A DNA stretch of 64,000 nucleotides from a virus, in IMG/VR virus record IMGVR_UViG_3300027759_000003, positions 32,001 to 96,000 of that record, one strand, 5' to 3'. Every line of letters begins with the position of its first letter. The first letter of the stretch is position 1. Below are positions 39,213 to 49,428 of the stretch, in pieces. Position numbers and translations under genes: made by a program. The notes below the pieces were generated by a model. The model had not been told where the DNA came from, made no database searches, and saw nothing but the letters and a program-made list of their open reading frames with translations.

Positions 39213-41174
39213 ATGGCAGCCAAAAGAGTAGTTACCAGTAGTAGTATAGCCAACAGTTTTAAGATGAGTGTTGGACAATCTTCTGCTGCCATTCCAAATT
39301 CCCCGACAATCGGCACTGCTACTGCTGTAACAGGAACTACTGCTACTGTTGCTTATACTGCTGCCGTATTAGGGGCTACAGCATCATCCTTTACTGCTAC
39401 ATCTAATCCAGGATCACTTACTGGTACTGGTTCTTCACCTATAACGGTTAGTGGTTTGACTGGTGAAACAAATTATACTTTTACAGTTTATGCAACTAAT
39501 GCAAATGGTAACTCAGCGCAATCTGGTGCAAGTAATCAAATTACTACTCCTACTGCAAACTTAATTATTGATGCTCTTGTTATTGCTGGCGGTGGTGGAG
39601 GTGGAAGTTATGGAACTAGTGGTGGCGGCGGCGCAGGCGGATTATTATATTTTAGTTCACAAACTCTATCTCCTGCATCTTATGTAATAACTGTTGGAGC
39701 AGGAGGTGCAGCAGCCACTAATGGATATGATTCACAATTTGGTGCGTTAACTTCGGCTATAGGTGGTGGAACAACTGGAACTAATGGTGGTTCTGGTGGT
39801 GGTGCTGGTGACACTGGTAACGCTGGCTCTGGTGTAGTTGGACAAGGAAACAACGGAGGATCTAGGGGTGGAAGCATTGGTTTAGGAGGAGGAGGTGGTG
39901 CAGGAGGTGCTGGCGGAAATGGTTCAGGTAATGGTGGTGTAGGTGGTGCTGGTGTAAACACATATTCATCTTGGGCATCTGCAACTTCTACAGGTGTATC
40001 TGGATATTACGCTGGCGGCGGCGGTGGCGCTGGCCATTATAGTCAACAGGTTGGAGGTGCAGGTGGTTCAGGTGGAGGTGGAAATGGTGGTTCTGCTGAC
40101 ACAGTTGCTGCTACTTCTGGAGTTGCAAATACAGGTTCAGGTGGTGGTGGTGGTGCATTTGCTGGTTATAGTCCTAGTCCACTTGGTGGTTCAGGTGGTT
40201 CAGGAATTGTTATAGTTCGTTATCAATCTGGTACACAAAAAGCATTAGGTGGAACAATTACAACATCTGGAGGATATTATTATCATACATTTACTGCATC
40301 AGGTATTTTTCAAACAGAGTATTCAGTAGCAAAAGCAACTGGCGGATCAATAAATACTGATGGTACTTATTGGTATCACACATTTACTGGTTCAGGTACA
40401 TTTACTCCTACTCAATCATTAACTGCTGATTATTTGGTAGTAGCAGGCGGCGGCGGTGGAGGAAACATGGGCGGTGGCGGCGGAGCAGGTGGACTTCGTT
40501 CTACTGTTACTGCAACAGGCGGTGGCGGTTCATTAGAATCATCAGTATCTTTAATTAACAATACAGCATACGCAATTTCTATTGGTGCAGGAGGAACTAG
40601 TTCAGTTCAACATAATATTTCTGGCGGTCAAGGTGTAAATTCATCAATTATTGGTGGAGCAATCTCTATTACATCTACAGGTGGCGGTGGTGGAGCAAGT
40701 TATGCTTCAAGCCCAAGTAGTGGTGGTTCAGGTGGCGGCGGCCAGCGTTCTAATGGTGCAGGAGCATCTGGAACACAATATCAGGGTTATGCAGGTGGTT
40801 CAGGTGGTGGATATAGCGGTGGTGATGATAGTCTTTCATCTGGCGGTGGCGGAGGCGGAGCAGGTACTATTGGTGGTTCATATAATTCTGGAATTACTAA
40901 AGCAGGTAATGGTGGTAACGGTGTTCAAATTACTGCATTATCAACACCAACTGGAACTGGTAAAGACAGTGGCTATTACGCAGGTGGTGGTGGAGGTGGT
41001 GGATATAACTCAACCGCTGGGTCTGCAGGTCTTGGTGGAGTAGCAGGTGTAACTGGTGGCAATAATGGTATATCTGGAACTCCAAATACTGGTAGTGGCG
41101 GTGGAGGTGGCGGTACTGGAAGAAATGGCGGACCAGGCGGTAGCGGTATAGTAATAATTAGGTATGCAGTCTAA
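39213..41174 (+). CDS. FN3 + two glycine-rich domains protein 3
   Basis: Same architecture as 36655-38640; nearly identical FN3 DNA. Confidence 0.8.
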   Translation: MAAKRVVTSSSIANSFKMSVGQSSAAIPNSPTIGTATAVTGTTATVAYTAAVLGATASSFTATSNPGSLTGTGSSPITVSGLTGETNYTFTVYATNANGNSAQSGASNQITTPTANLIIDALVIAGGGGGGSYGTSGGGGAGGLLYFSSQTLSPASYVITVGAGGAAATNGYDSQFGALTSAIGGGTTGTNGGSGGGAGDTGNAGSGVVGQGNNGGSRGGSIGLGGGGGAGGAGGNGSGNGGVGGAGVNTYSSWASATSTGVSGYYAGGGGGAGHYSQQVGGAGGSGGGGNGGSADTVAATSGVANTGSGGGGGAFAGYSPSPLGGSGGSGIVIVRYQSGTQKALGGTITTSGGYYYHTFTASGIFQTEYSVAKATGGSINTDGTYWYHTFTGSGTFTPTQSLTADYLVVAGGGGGGNMGGGGGAGGLRSTVTATGGGGSLESSVSLINNTAYAISIGAGGTSSVQHNISGGQGVNSSIIGGAISITSTGGGGGASYASSPSSGGSGGGGQRSNGAGASGTQYQGYAGGSGGGYSGGDDSLSSGGGGGGAGTIGGSYNSGITKAGNGGNGVQITALSTPTGTGKDSGYYAGGGGGGGYNSTAGSAGLGGVAGVTGGNNGISGTPNTGSGGGGGGTGRNGGPGGSGIVIIRYAV

Positions 41175-41233
41175 TAAATAATAAAATAATGATACAATGT
41201 TTTTATAACTTTGATTTTTTTGAAGGGATTTAA

Positions 41234-42760
41234 ATGGCAGTCAACAACCTAAATAAGGTAAAAATTCCAGGTACTGGAACTACTGCTGCCCGTCCATCTA
41301 ATCCTGCTGTAGGAGATACTTTTTATAACGGTACCCTCGGAAGATTAGAAATTTATACATCACAAGGATGGATGGCTTTAAATGCCCCAGCAGCAACCCC
41401 TACAGGTGTAACAGCAACAGACGCAGGTTCTGGCAGGGCATACAATAATGGCTCTGCATCAATAGCATTTACTCCAGCAACAGCAGGTGGTCTACCAACA
41501 TCATATGTAGTTACATCATCTCCTGGCTCCTATACTGCGACGGGATCAGTAAGTCCAATCATAGTATCAGGTCAACAATCTTCAACTCAATATACATATA
41601 CAGTAGTAGCAAGCAATGACTTTGGAACAGCAACATCTTCTGCATCTAGTGCAGTTACTGCAACTACCGTGCCACAGGCTCCTACAATTGGTGCTGTAAC
41701 TGGTGGAAATGCTTTAGCAACAGTTGCCTATACAGCAGGTGCAACTGGTGGTTTATCTAATACTTATACTGCTACATCATCTCCAGGTGGACTTACTGGT
41801 ACTGGTTCAAGTCCTATTACAGTTTCAGGATTAACTAATGGAACTTCATATACATTTACAGTAACAGCAACAAATGCTAACGGAACATCAGCAGCAAGTG
41901 CTGCAAGTAGTTCAGTAACTCCTGTTGCAGAAATTTTAGTTGATTACCTTGTACTTGCAGGAGGCGGTGGCGGAGGCGGAGGCGGTGGTGGTGCAGGTGG
42001 ATTGCGTTCTACTGTAACTGCAAGTGGTCGTGGTACCGCACCCGAATCCAATTTAACTTTATTACCTTCAACTAATTATGCGGTTACAGTTGGTGCTGGC
42101 GGTGCTGGTGTTCTGGGTTACGAAGGAACTGGTGCTGGTGGTGGCATCGGAGCAAACTCTGTATTTAGCACTATAACTTCTCTTGGTGGAGGCGGTGGCG
42201 GAAGCAACGCTAATTTTGGTACTAACGGTGGTTGTGGTGGTGGAGCGTGTTATTCATCAGGTCAGTCAGGTCCAGGAGCAGGAACTGCTGGTCAAGGATT
42301 TGATGGTGGTCAAGATACAGTTGATATTGCCCCATATCCTGGTGCTGGTGGTGGAGGAACTGGTCAAGCAGGACAAGTGCCCCTTACTGCATCTGTCCCT
42401 GGTCCTGGAGGTAATGGTACGGCTGTATCAATTACTGGTACATCAGTTACGTATGGCGGCGGAGGCGGAGGTGGAATATATCCTTACTCTTCTACTGGTG
42501 CTCCTGGTGGTACTGGCGGAGGCGGAAGTTCAAGTGGTGGAGTAGGTGGCGACGGTACTGTCAATCTTGGTGGTGGCGGTGGTGGAAATTCAAGAACTCA
42601 AACAGGTGGCAATGGCGGAGCAGGTGTAGTTATTCTTAGATACCCAGACACTTTTACAATTTCAATTGGAGCAGGTTTAACAGGAACTACAAGTTCACCA
42701 AGTGGCGGATACAAAAGAACAACATTAACTGCAGGTACTGGAAATGTGAGTTGGGCATAA
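41234..42760 (+). CDS. Two FN3 + glycine-rich domain protein 4
   Basis: N-terminal GTTAARPSNP..GDTFYN...LEIY fibre motif; two FN3; Gly-rich domain ending TAGTGNVSWA. Confidence 0.8.
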   Translation: MAVNNLNKVKIPGTGTTAARPSNPAVGDTFYNGTLGRLEIYTSQGWMALNAPAATPTGVTATDAGSGRAYNNGSASIAFTPATAGGLPTSYVVTSSPGSYTATGSVSPIIVSGQQSSTQYTYTVVASNDFGTATSSASSAVTATTVPQAPTIGAVTGGNALATVAYTAGATGGLSNTYTATSSPGGLTGTGSSPITVSGLTNGTSYTFTVTATNANGTSAASAASSSVTPVAEILVDYLVLAGGGGGGGGGGGAGGLRSTVTASGRGTAPESNLTLLPSTNYAVTVGAGGAGVLGYEGTGAGGGIGANSVFSTITSLGGGGGGSNANFGTNGGCGGGACYSSGQSGPGAGTAGQGFDGGQDTVDIAPYPGAGGGGTGQAGQVPLTASVPGPGGNGTAVSITGTSVTYGGGGGGGIYPYSSTGAPGGTGGGGSSSGGVGGDGTVNLGGGGGGNSRTQTGGNGGAGVVILRYPDTFTISIGAGLTGTTSSPSGGYKRTTLTAGTGNVSWA

Positions 42761-42809
42761 AGATTAATTAAATTGCCTTGTACCCTAAGATAGGGTATAA
42801 TATAGTAAT

Positions 42810-43148
42810 ATGAGTTTTAAACTTAAAAGCATAATCTGGGTACAATCTGCATTAATCGTAATACTTTCTGTGTTCATGCTTTTTATGGGAGGGGATTTAA
42901 AACAATCTCGTAAAATGACCTTAGATCAATCCAACTACTGTATAAGATATACCAGTGATATTATTGCAAGTAGCCGTCTTGATTTAATAAGAGAACAAGA
43001 TGCCCATAGTCGGACGGTAGATAAAGCAAACTCTGTAATAGATGACATTGTTAATAGATATAACTCACTTGTGGCACGGTATAACAAAAGCACTGGCGGA
43101 ACTAATTACGATCCCCTTAACACATACTCATATAGGATAAGACCTTGA
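42810..43148 (+). CDS. Membrane-anchored coiled-coil protein
   Basis: N-terminal TM; upstream GGGTATAAT promoter. Confidence 0.6.
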   Translation: MSFKLKSIIWVQSALIVILSVFMLFMGGDLKQSRKMTLDQSNYCIRYTSDIIASSRLDLIREQDAHSRTVDKANSVIDDIVNRYNSLVARYNKSTGGTNYDPLNTYSYRIRP

Positions 43149-43149
43149 T

Positions 43150-43320
43150 ATGTGCCCTAACTGTAATTCTACACTAATCCCAATAATCTATGGCTATGTT
43201 AATCCCAAGTATGTGGATATGCATAAGCAAGGTTTGATATTGTTAGTATCTAAAACTTATCATACCAAACAAGATCCCAACTGGCACTGTGGGGTTTGTA
43301 TGGAGTCTTTTAACCTTTAA
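43150..43320 (+). CDS. Small zinc-ribbon protein
   Basis: Read by eye: MCPNC...PIIYGY...WHCGVC. Confidence 0.6.
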   Translation: MCPNCNSTLIPIIYGYVNPKYVDMHKQGLILLVSKTYHTKQDPNWHCGVCMESFNL

Positions 43321-43471
43321 TCAGCGGTACTGAGTCAATAAGAGTTACCTTACGACTACTTACATACCCACCATTCTTTTCTAATGTTTCTGCTGCTTTT
43401 GGCTCGGAATCTGAAAGTAAATGAATAATCATCTCTACTTTATAGGTATAACAAACTGTATCTTCTTCCAT
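43310..43471 (-). CDS. Small protein, paralog of 38653-38853
   Basis: Read by eye: MEEDTVCYTYKVEMIIHLLSDSEPKAAETLEKNGGYVSSRKVTL. Confidence 0.6.
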   Translation of the reverse strand: MEEDTVCYTYKVEMIIHLLSDSEPKAAETLEKNGGYVSSRKVTLIDSVPLIKG

Positions 43472-44091
43472 ATTATCTCCCTCCTGCATTTGCCAAGGCT
43501 TGGGCTATGATACGCTGCCTAACATCTTCTTGGCTTCTTTCAAATTTAGACATACTGTGATATGGTTTGTTAGCCATACGCTTTTTGTTCTTGGCATACC
43601 GTCTTAGTTTTCGCTGGGAAATAATCGCATTGTTTTTTTTCATATTATAAGTGTATCACGCTTTGAGTTCGGCGGCAAATAGGAGGTAACAAACCTTCCC
43701 CTGCCCGACACGGGCAATAGCGGTTAATATTACAGGTATGCCTGATTTAAGAAATCATCTGCCCAAAAGGAAGCAAGGGATTCATCCCCAATATCATTAA
43801 AGTAATAACGATTTTTTTCAATGCTGTATGTCCACCCTTTCCAAAGATTAACATCTTCTTCTGCCCAAGTAAGGTTTGTATCCATTAATTCATGCATTTC
43901 GATACCTCCAGTTTAGCAGAGTATAAACAAACTCTCCGTACCACTTATTAGAACAACGTCTAATACCCTTTTCCCCATAATGATCGTACATGAATAAGGT
44001 TAATCTAACCTTATCCTTTGTCCTAATAAACCTTCCGCAATTAATACAGGATTGAAAGATATACTGGTTAATTGGTTTGTCATAATCTACA

Positions 44092-44460
44092 TTACCCATT
44101 GTGCCACTTCCAATTTGATATAAAACCTTTATCTTGTTCATTTAATTCAACCCAAAGATTAACATTTTTATTGACCACTGGTAAACCACCACTTTCATCT
44201 GATTTTCTAGCCTTTGCCTTTTGTTTGGGTACAAAGGTTTTATTATATTTTTTACGTTGTTTTTTATTTAATTTATGAGTTTTGACATGAGTGTCAGGAG
44301 CGCTAGGATCTGGAGCAATTAAAGGTTTGTTATAAACAGGTCTAGACCAGTTAGCAGGTGTCCCAAAGGCAGTAGCCTCAATAGCGGATTTACTTCTATT
44401 AAGGCTAGCCCTTGCTCGTTCTTCTGCTTCAGACCAATCTATTTCTTTTTTAGATTTCAT
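44092..44460 (-). CDS. Basic hypothetical protein
   Basis: 122-aa ORF in a leftward cluster. Confidence 0.5.
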   Translation of the reverse strand: MKSKKEIDWSEAEERARASLNRSKSAIEATAFGTPANWSRPVYNKPLIAPDPSAPDTHVKTHKLNKKQRKKYNKTFVPKQKAKARKSDESGGLPVVNKNVNLWVELNEQDKGFISNWKWHNG

Positions 44461-44695
44461 TATTAATAAGCAGGTTCAAATGATTCAAAAGCCTTTGGAA
44501 AGTAACTTTGAATTATTTTATGAACTTTGTCGTTTTCAATATAGAAAAGTCCACCTGATTTTTCATTGCTAAACATTTCTTGCATTATTTCATGTATCAT
44601 TTCTGTTGTCATAGTTTTCCCCTTTGTTTACATTAAGCATACCACAAATCGGCGGGAATAGCAAGAAGGATCGTAATATCACAGGTAGTAAACAG

Positions 44696-45316
44696 TTATA
44701 TCTTTTTAATCCAATATTGATGGTTCATAGCCATTGTTTCTATTTGATTTTTGTATTTTTCAACAAATGACAAAATAGCAGTTCTAGGTCTTAGATGAGC
44801 AGGTTTTTCATCACCCCAAGAGTAGTCATCAAATGACATGATTCCACCAGCCTTTAGTAATGGCCAAGACAGTTCGGCATCACTTAATACGCTGCTGGCA
44901 ACATGATCTGCATCAATATAAATAAAATCATAGGTGTTATTTTTGGTGTTTTCAGCATTTAAAAAATCAAAGGTCGTGGATCTTTTACTATGAACACGAG
45001 GAGAAAATTGTTCCATCCTACTTAAATATAATTGATAGACATCTTCAAAGTCATAATTATCATGAACATCGCTTTCAGCAGATGATCCTAGCCAAGTATC
45101 AACATCTGTTAAATGTGAGGTTTCATGGGTTAATACATTTTTCATTAACCATTTGCTTGTGTCTCCAGTAAAAACACCTAATTGAAGATAATTTAAGTTA
45201 GGCTTATCTTTATACTCAGACAAGAATTCTTCAAAGTTATATTTGCCTGTATATGAAAACCAATTAGGATAGTGACCTTTACCAAACCTTGATCCCAGCC
45301 AACCAGTATTAGACAT
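44696..45316 (-). CDS. Class I SAM-dependent methyltransferase (Methyltransf_24-like)
   Basis: YLQLGVFTG, DVDTW, YDFIYIDADH and LKAGGIMSFDDY motifs. Confidence 0.88.
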   Translation of the reverse strand: MSNTGWLGSRFGKGHYPNWFSYTGKYNFEEFLSEYKDKPNLNYLQLGVFTGDTSKWLMKNVLTHETSHLTDVDTWLGSSAESDVHDNYDFEDVYQLYLSRMEQFSPRVHSKRSTTFDFLNAENTKNNTYDFIYIDADHVASSVLSDAELSWPLLKAGGIMSFDDYSWGDEKPAHLRPRTAILSFVEKYKNQIETMAMNHQYWIKKI

Positions 45317-45339
45317 AAACTTATTGTATCCTATTTTTG

Positions 45340-46070
45340 GCGGGTACAGAAGGAGTATCGTAATCCCCAGTGTAATAACAAACCTTATATCCCCATAGCC
45401 CCATATCCCAGATAGCCAGATATGTCTGGTTTGGGAACCAACGAGATGGTTAAATACCGTCGCAAATAGGGCTTGGAAGGCTTTTAAATAGGTGGTTTGG
45501 AGGTTTGGTATGAAAGATAATCCTTACTGACATTTTTTAGATTGGGTTAGAATGGAGGAAAGTGGAGCATAGTGGGGGATTGGGCGATTTTATAGATGGC
45601 GTCGTAATCCTCTGGCGGCCAAACCTCCCTATCCCAAACCTTCCTATCTCCATATGCGGCATGCATTATATACCCAAAAGCAAGGTTTGTCAAGTAAAAA
45701 ACCCCTATAAAAACATAACAAAAAAGTTATAAAAGTATTAAAAAACCAGGGAAAAAGTATAGAAAGGTTTGGTAATTATGGGAATAGTTTGTATAAATCT
45801 GGGATTTTTTTTGCCCCTTCGTAATGTGTTATTATACTATCAATCAGCGCCGCCACGGGCGGCAGAAATGGGCGGGGATAAAAAGATATACCCATACCCC
45901 TAGTATAAGAGAGATGAATCTGGAAAATATTTCAAACCTTCGTAATGTCTTTTTAGAAAATAAGGTTTGGAAGGTTTGGCTATCAATGGGGAAAATATTT
46001 TGATGGATCGTAATGTCTTTTTCGTAAATAAGGTTTGGAGGTTTGGTAATTGATACCGGGTTTTTCCTAT
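45340..46070. repeat. Non-coding region dense in AGGTTTG/CAAACCT and TCGTAAT motifs
   Basis: About 730 bp with no ORF of 60 aa or more; roughly a dozen (A)GGTTTG-type and about six TCGTAA(T) copies. Confidence 0.6.
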
Positions 46071-46187
46071 GCTGGTAGGCGATCTTTAATTAAGTTAGCA
46101 ATGATGTTGTGTGCCTGGTCCACTTCATGTAGAGAGCCAGACCATAGCAACTGTTGGGCTTTAAGTAACTGTTCATCTAAATAGTTA

Positions 46188-46472
46188 TTACTCAGTTCCA
46201 TTGTTCTTCTCCTCTGCACTCTCAAAGACCTCATCTAAATCAGAGAAGCCAGTATCCTCTAGGTTTAACCCTGCTAAGAATAGTGCCCATGTTTCTGTTA
46301 TATACCGTGCCCCGTCATCTGCTACCTCACAAAGGTTCTCAGAAACAAAGTAAGCAAGCGGTAGCCCTAAGTCATTAAACTCTATGAAGTCTTTAAACTC
46401 TTCATCATCTTTATATACGGAATAAAGTTTTCCTAAAATCTCACATACATTACGGAAGTCGGTCACTATCAT
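46188..46472 (-). CDS. Hypothetical protein
   Basis: FIEFNDLGLPLAY motif; true start may be slightly downstream. Confidence 0.65.
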   Translation of the reverse strand: MIVTDFRNVCEILGKLYSVYKDDEEFKDFIEFNDLGLPLAYFVSENLCEVADDGARYITETWALFLAGLNLEDTGFSDLDEVFESAEEKNNGTE

Positions 46473-46683
46473 ACCCCAATCTGTTTTGCTCTATCTTGTC
46501 CTCTTGGAACTTAGCACTTTCTAATACTTCTAATGACCTGCGATAAATTAAATAAGGAGTTGCCCTAGCCAAATAATAGCCAACCTTTTCTAAGTCAAGG
46601 TAAAAGTCAGATAGCAATTTGCCAATTCCAACCGCAACCTTTTCCTCATTGGTCTGTCGCTTTACTCTGTTAATACGATACAT
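46450..46683 (-). CDS. Hypothetical protein
   Basis: G-rich RBS; 77 aa. Confidence 0.6.
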   Translation of the reverse strand: MYRINRVKRQTNEEKVAVGIGKLLSDFYLDLEKVGYYLARATPYLIYRRSLEVLESAKFQEDKIEQNRLGYDSDRLP

Positions 46684-46757
46684 GAAACCCCTATCTAAAT
46701 TATACCAAAGGAAAAGGGAGAGCGCAACCCACCACAGTTAACGCCCTCCCCATATTG

Positions 46758-47156
46758 CTAGCGAGAGGTGACCCCAACCTCCGCTGATGAAGCCCCCACA
46801 GTGGAGAGAGCACTGCTGGGCAAATTATAAGTAATAAAACTATCAATGTCTTTGTGGTCTACACCATCATGACTAATAGTATTATCTGTGAGATCGATTA
46901 ATATTGGATGGTCCGCAAACCCTAAGTCATTAGGATTGCAGGCATAGATACCAAACCCTGTTTCCTCCAAGATGGAGTCTTGCATCAAATAACTAATAGC
47001 CATGCGGGTATAGTATTCTGTATCACCTTTACGTACCGCTGCATGCTGCAGGGCCTGAGCAAGATCTTGATACATGCTGTCTTCACCCCAATGGCTATAC
47101 AGCGCTACTGCTAGATCCTCTGATTGTTTAAATATGAATGTACAACGTGCTCCCAT
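46758..47156 (-). CDS. Conserved phage early protein (MGAR...LYSHWG family)
   Basis: MGARC..., ALYSHWG and YYTRMAISYL motifs. Confidence 0.7.
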   Translation of the reverse strand: MGARCTFIFKQSEDLAVALYSHWGEDSMYQDLAQALQHAAVRKGDTEYYTRMAISYLMQDSILEETGFGIYACNPNDLGFADHPILIDLTDNTISHDGVDHKDIDSFITYNLPSSALSTVGASSAEVGVTSR

Positions 47157-47301
47157 TATGCATCCGTCCTTTCAGGTATGATTGATATTTGGTTTGTTAT
47201 CTCATTAAAGATATCGTTCTCGTCTTCGGTGTCAGTCTCATATTCAAAATTCATATAAGTACCTGTTGGCTCAAAGATTATTTCAACATCCCATGTAGCC
47301 A

Positions 47302-47619
47302 TTATAGGTCCCCTTCAAAATCGATTACAACTTTAGAAACTCTGCCGTCATCGTTCATCTGAACATATACTGGATATAGCCCATCGCCATAACCTGTATT
47401 AAATACTACTGCCGTGCCATTACCTAACTCGCCATATGAATTAGCAAGGGTAGTAGCACTAGCACCATGATAAGAGTATTGACCTTCTTTGCCGTCAATA
47501 TTCCAATCATCATTTTTGTTGGTATCCCAATTATCAATATAGCATGGGTCGCCTACCATGGCCTGACCGCTATCAACTGCAAAATGTCCTGCTAAGATTA
47601 AATCTTTTGTTTTTATCAT
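47302..47619 (-). CDS. DUF4241-like protein
   Basis: VDSGQAMVGDPCY and TGYGDGLYPVY motifs. Confidence 0.7.
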   Translation of the reverse strand: MIKTKDLILAGHFAVDSGQAMVGDPCYIDNWDTNKNDDWNIDGKEGQYSYHGASATTLANSYGELGNGTAVVFNTGYGDGLYPVYVQMNDDGRVSKVVIDFEGDL

Positions 47620-47628
47620 TAGGTCTCC

Positions 47629-48192
47629 TTAGAAGTGGAAGTCAACTGGTACTAGATATTGTCTCACGGCTCGATCAGGTTTGTCAAGTCGCTCATCTAA
47701 ATACTCGAATTCAGAGACATGTTCTTGAAGGTCGTAAAACCCACTGTCGGATGTCCAAGAGCCCATGAGCATTTCTGCTGCTTGTTTAATAGAATAAACA
47801 TTCATTAGGGTATCTCCGTTCCAGGGACCCCTGCCACCCTCTGAAGCATAGTCGACCATTTGACTAATAAACTTATCAGTCTTAATCTCTACTATGTTCC
47901 TGTTCATGGTTTGAGAGCGGAACCTTAAGATATCCTTAACTACTTCTTGGAACTTTTCTTTATTTTCAGCATAGCCAATAACATCAGTAGGGTCATCGTT
48001 ATAACCCCCCATAAGGTTGTTTTCGCTTTTTTTGTTGGCATTAGTACTCCACCTTCCTCCACCTACGACGTGCCAATCTGACCAGTCTGCTAGGCGATAT
48101 CCGTCTTCGTTTGATTGCAGGCTTACAACAACTTTGTCAAAAGCCTCTTGCTTGCTATCTGCTTCAACTGCTATATAGTGTAGGGTATGCAC
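47629..48192 (-). CDS. Hypothetical protein
   Basis: WSDWHVVGGGRW...YLVPVDFHF motif family. Confidence 0.7.
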   Translation of the reverse strand: MHTLHYIAVEADSKQEAFDKVVVSLQSNEDGYRLADWSDWHVVGGGRWSTNANKKSENNLMGGYNDDPTDVIGYAENKEKFQEVVKDILRFRSQTMNRNIVEIKTDKFISQMVDYASEGGRGPWNGDTLMNVYSIKQAAEMLMGSWTSDSGFYDLQEHVSEFEYLDERLDKPDRAVRQYLVPVDFHF

Positions 48193-48515
48193 TATTCGTC
48201 CCTTCCCTCAATTAGTTGTATCTGATAGTACTGTTTGTCATCGTAGGGCACGGTAGTTACAAAGTAACCAATCCTATTAACCATATGCATACCGTCACAG
48301 ATATAAGTTCCACCGTCATCTCCGTCACAGTAAGTCCAAACAGTATTAGGATGTAGAAACACATGGTCTCTAACAAACTCTACCTCGTCACCATATGTCT
48401 CAAACATATAGCCGTGCTCACCGTCATTGAATGAGGCATTCTCGTCTAAATGGTTTGGTATAGGCTTGAACTGTTTAAACCATTCATCCTCTGTAAGTTT
48501 TACTAACTTGGGCAT
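48192..48515 (-). CDS. Hypothetical protein
   Basis: MFETYGDE...VWT...VNRIGYFVT motif family. Confidence 0.7.
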   Translation of the reverse strand: MPKLVKLTEDEWFKQFKPIPNHLDENASFNDGEHGYMFETYGDEVEFVRDHVFLHPNTVWTYCDGDDGGTYICDGMHMVNRIGYFVTTVPYDDKQYYQIQLIEGRDE

Positions 48516-48584
48516 TGGGCTTCTTTCTCTAGGGTTCTTAATACAATTTTACTACGAACTGGGAAAAATTACAAGGTATCGTAA

Positions 48585-48600
48585 GGTGATCTACATCACA
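48585..48600. promoter_or_regulatory. CRP/GlxR-type box upstream of a leftward sigma70 promoter (48546-48574)
   Basis: GGTGA-TCTACA-TCACA; promoter TTGTAA-17-TAAAAT on the minus strand. Confidence 0.6.
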
Positions 48601-49316
48601 CTGCTTTGGCTTGCTCCCCAATAGGTTTGAGGGTTCTCTTCAAGAAGTCCCCTAATACTATTAATAACCTCTTCGTCAGACATGATCTCTCCGTCTGTGT
48701 TTATAAGTTCCATAATCTTATCTATGATCTCACCGTGGTCCATTAGTCTTCATCCTCATCTTCATCAATTACATATGCAACATTAGACTGACCCTCGTGA
48801 AATGAAGGTGGGTCTTGCCATATACCCCAAGATAAAGAACTATCAGATAGGCCCTCTGACACTAAGTCTCCACCAAATTGCGATGAATATGTTTTAGTCA
48901 CATTACCCATAGTATGTGTTCTCATCTATGTAACCTTCTGCTAACAAACCTTCAAAGAAGTCCCATATGGTTAATAGGCCTTGCTTTACTTTTGGGTCGG
49001 TAGCGGAATCAATAGCAACAGTTAAACTATTACCAAATTCTTGTATATCCTTGTATGTATAACCTAACATTATCTATCATACTCCTTAATCAAATTCATC
49101 GCAAAGTGAAGACAACAATCGCAGTCTCCATTATTCATGCTATATATAAAGTCAAAATGTTCAGAGTTGTCCTCATATATATTCATTATTAGGCCGTCTA
49201 TGGTTAGTGGTTTGTTAATTGTGGTCATGTTAATATTTTACAGGAAACTGGGGAAAAAGTCAATCTTTCTTAATGAAACAATCATGTGTTATTATTTAAA
49301 GAAAGAAAACCCGGAG

Positions 49317-49390
49317 CGGCTCTGATGGGACTTGAACCCACGATCTCTACCGTGACAGGGTAGCGCATTAACCAACTATGCTACAGAACC
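49317..49390 (-). tRNA. tRNA-Asp(GTC)
   Basis: Minus strand GGTTCTG...CTACC-ctGTCac-GGTAG...GGTTCAAGTCC...CAGAGCC. Confidence 0.93.
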
Positions 49391-49395
49391 AATGG

Positions 49396-49425
49396 TGAGC
49401 AGTTTTAAATCATGCTCAGGATTTT
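49396..49425 (-). ncRNA. Repeated pseudoknot-like RNA motif copy (between DUF932 and tRNA-Asp)
   Basis: AAATC-CTGAGCAT-GATTT-AAAAC-TGCTCA. Confidence 0.55.
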
Positions 49426-49428
49426 TTA

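Noticed and set aside
35961-42545. Many alternative-frame and antisense ORFs (poly-Pro, poly-Val, His/Gln-rich)
   Set aside because: Shadows of GGN-rich codons in the real glycine-rich genes
35495-42760. Diversity-generating retroelement acting on the glycine-rich genes
   Set aside because: No reverse transcriptase in the window, and the shared segments do not show an obvious adenine-specific TR/VR pattern
45515-45540. Sixth PafBC-type promoter (TGTCAG on the minus strand)
   Set aside because: No TAnnnT hexamer at the 10-nt spacing
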